Of a DNA stretch of 27,761 nucleotides, positions 26,895-27,761 are shown in pieces. The notes below the pieces were generated by a model that was not told the origin of the DNA, did no database searches, and saw nothing but the letters and a program-made list of their open reading frames with translations. The DNA comes from a virus (taxonomy: Duplodnaviria; Caudoviricetes): IMG/VR virus record IMGVR_UViG_3300005837_001480, positions 1 to 27,761 of that record; one strand, given 5' to 3'. Both the position numbers and the translations under genes were made by a program. Position 1 is the stretch's first letter; each line of letters starts with the position of its first letter.

Positions 26895-27761
26895 TTCCAC
26901 CTCGTTGAAGCACGTAATCTATCCAAACCACTTAAGGTCATAAACTTATTTAATCCCTGAGATATTGCATCAACAATATCATCTGTTACACTCATTGGGA
27001 ATGAGATTAACTCCTGCACAATATTGTCTCGCTCAGGATGAGCCACCGGCAAGAAAAAATTACCAGCCTCGAATATCGGCTCAACACTATGCAAACGCTC
27101 ATCCTTACTTACTTCCGGAGTAACCGGCGTAATAGGTACTTTACCTCGCAGTAAATCAATGACACCCGAACCATTAGCCTTATCTTCAACCAAAATACTA
27201 CGACACTTAGGGTACTTCTTAGCCATTGCTTGAATCGCACGCAAACTCTCTCCCATACCTGCCTTTTTTCGATAAATATCAATAAGATAGAAATTACAAC
27301 CATGCTTCGCAAGAACGACACCGACGACATAACTTTTTCCAGTCTCTTTAAAACTTAAATCCCATGAAGTGATTAAACGATGACTACGATGATTAGTCAA
27401 ATCAAACGGAAGCTTATCATAATACTGAATCCAATCCTCCTTGATAATATTACCACCAACTATTATTGGAGATGATTGATAAAGACTTGACCAGTTACGG
27501 CTACCAAGTTGCTTACGAATCACATTTAGTCGCTCAACCGGAAACTTATCTGGCCAAAGTGCCTCCCCAACCTGCCGAGGATCGTAACTATTGGGACCAT
27601 GAATGTTAATCGCCGGCAGTTCGATAATTTCCCACTGATCCGAGCCAGGCTCCTTCATTCCTTCAATCAATCGACCGGCCAAGTCATCCTTATGCCACCG
27701 AGTCATGATTAAAAGTATATTCGCCCCCTTTTCCCAACGAGTGTACAAAGTACTGTTATAC
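26891..27761 (-). CDS. terL: Terminase large subunit, C-terminal part (5'-truncated by the window)
   Basis: IMTRWH.DDLAG, SWD.SFK, VEDKANG and DD.VDA nuclease motifs. The frame stays open to the window edge (..YNSTLYTRW). Confidence 0.95.
   Translation of the reverse strand, partial: YNSTLYTRWEKGANILLIMTRWHKDDLAGRLIEGMKEPGSDQWEIIELPAINIHGPNSYDPRQVGEALWPDKFPVERLNVIRKQLGSRNWSSLYQSSPIIVGGNIIKEDWIQYYDKLPFDLTNHRSHRLITSWDLSFKETGKSYVVGVVLAKHGCNFYLIDIYRKKAGMGESLRAIQAMAKKYPKCRSILVEDKANGSGVIDLLRGKVPITPVTPEVSKDERLHSVEPIFEAGNFFLPVAHPERDNIVQELISFPMSVTDDIVDAISQGLNKFMTLSGLDRLRASTRWK

Larger units (their letters stand above)
1..27761 (-). mobile_element. Myovirus-type phage/prophage head-tail morphogenesis module (window lies entirely inside it)
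   Basis: About 27 tightly packed co-oriented genes, many with ATGA/TAATG overlaps, in canonical terminase-portal-protease-capsid-neck-sheath-tube-TMP-baseplate-fibre order. No host genes or att sites are visible. Confidence 0.97.

Noticed and set aside
88-27330. Short 60-90-aa ORFs on the plus strand or in alternative minus frames (e.g. 88-270, 6780-7028, 10555-10821, 16500-16769, 25912-26184, 27109-27330)
   Set aside because: They overlap well-supported genes and show no recognisable motifs; they are shadow ORFs.
1-27761. Stop-codon reassignment, CRISPR array, tRNA, intron or intein
   Set aside because: TAA, TAG and TGA all end genes at sensible boundaries, coding density is near complete, and no arrays, tRNA-sized gaps or splice motifs were seen.

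Overview
The window is one continuous minus-strand virion morphogenesis module of a contractile-tailed (myovirus-type) dsDNA phage or prophage, in the standard genetic code. Read right to left it encodes: partial terminase large subunit, DUF1073-type portal, DUF2213 protease/scaffold, cement protein, DUF2184-type HK97-fold capsid, head-tail joining genes, a compact DUF3383-type sheath, two tandem tube paralogues, tail assembly chaperone, tape measure, Dit-like protein, plug, hub, Gp138-type spike, putative tip, sheath initiator, baseplate J, then an unusual tail-appendage cluster. Signals not shown by the ORF track: a -1 frameshift (T TTT TTT, 17993-17999) that would give a 210-aa G-T type chaperone; a nested in-frame start with a strong RBS in the protease gene; a sigma70-like promoter between portal and protease, where the usual gpF/gp7 gene is missing; and a 23-bp tandem duplication creating a 9-codon mini-ORF. 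The most novel part is the appendage cluster. A 1921-aa protein fuses a baseplate wedge, a ~650-aa insert of apparently repeated domains and a complete paralogue of the adjacent 911-aa fibre, and three nearby proteins end in the same small 'H[NT]L' beta-domain, suggesting a modular or branched receptor-binding system. All family names come from motif recognition and gene order; no database search was run.
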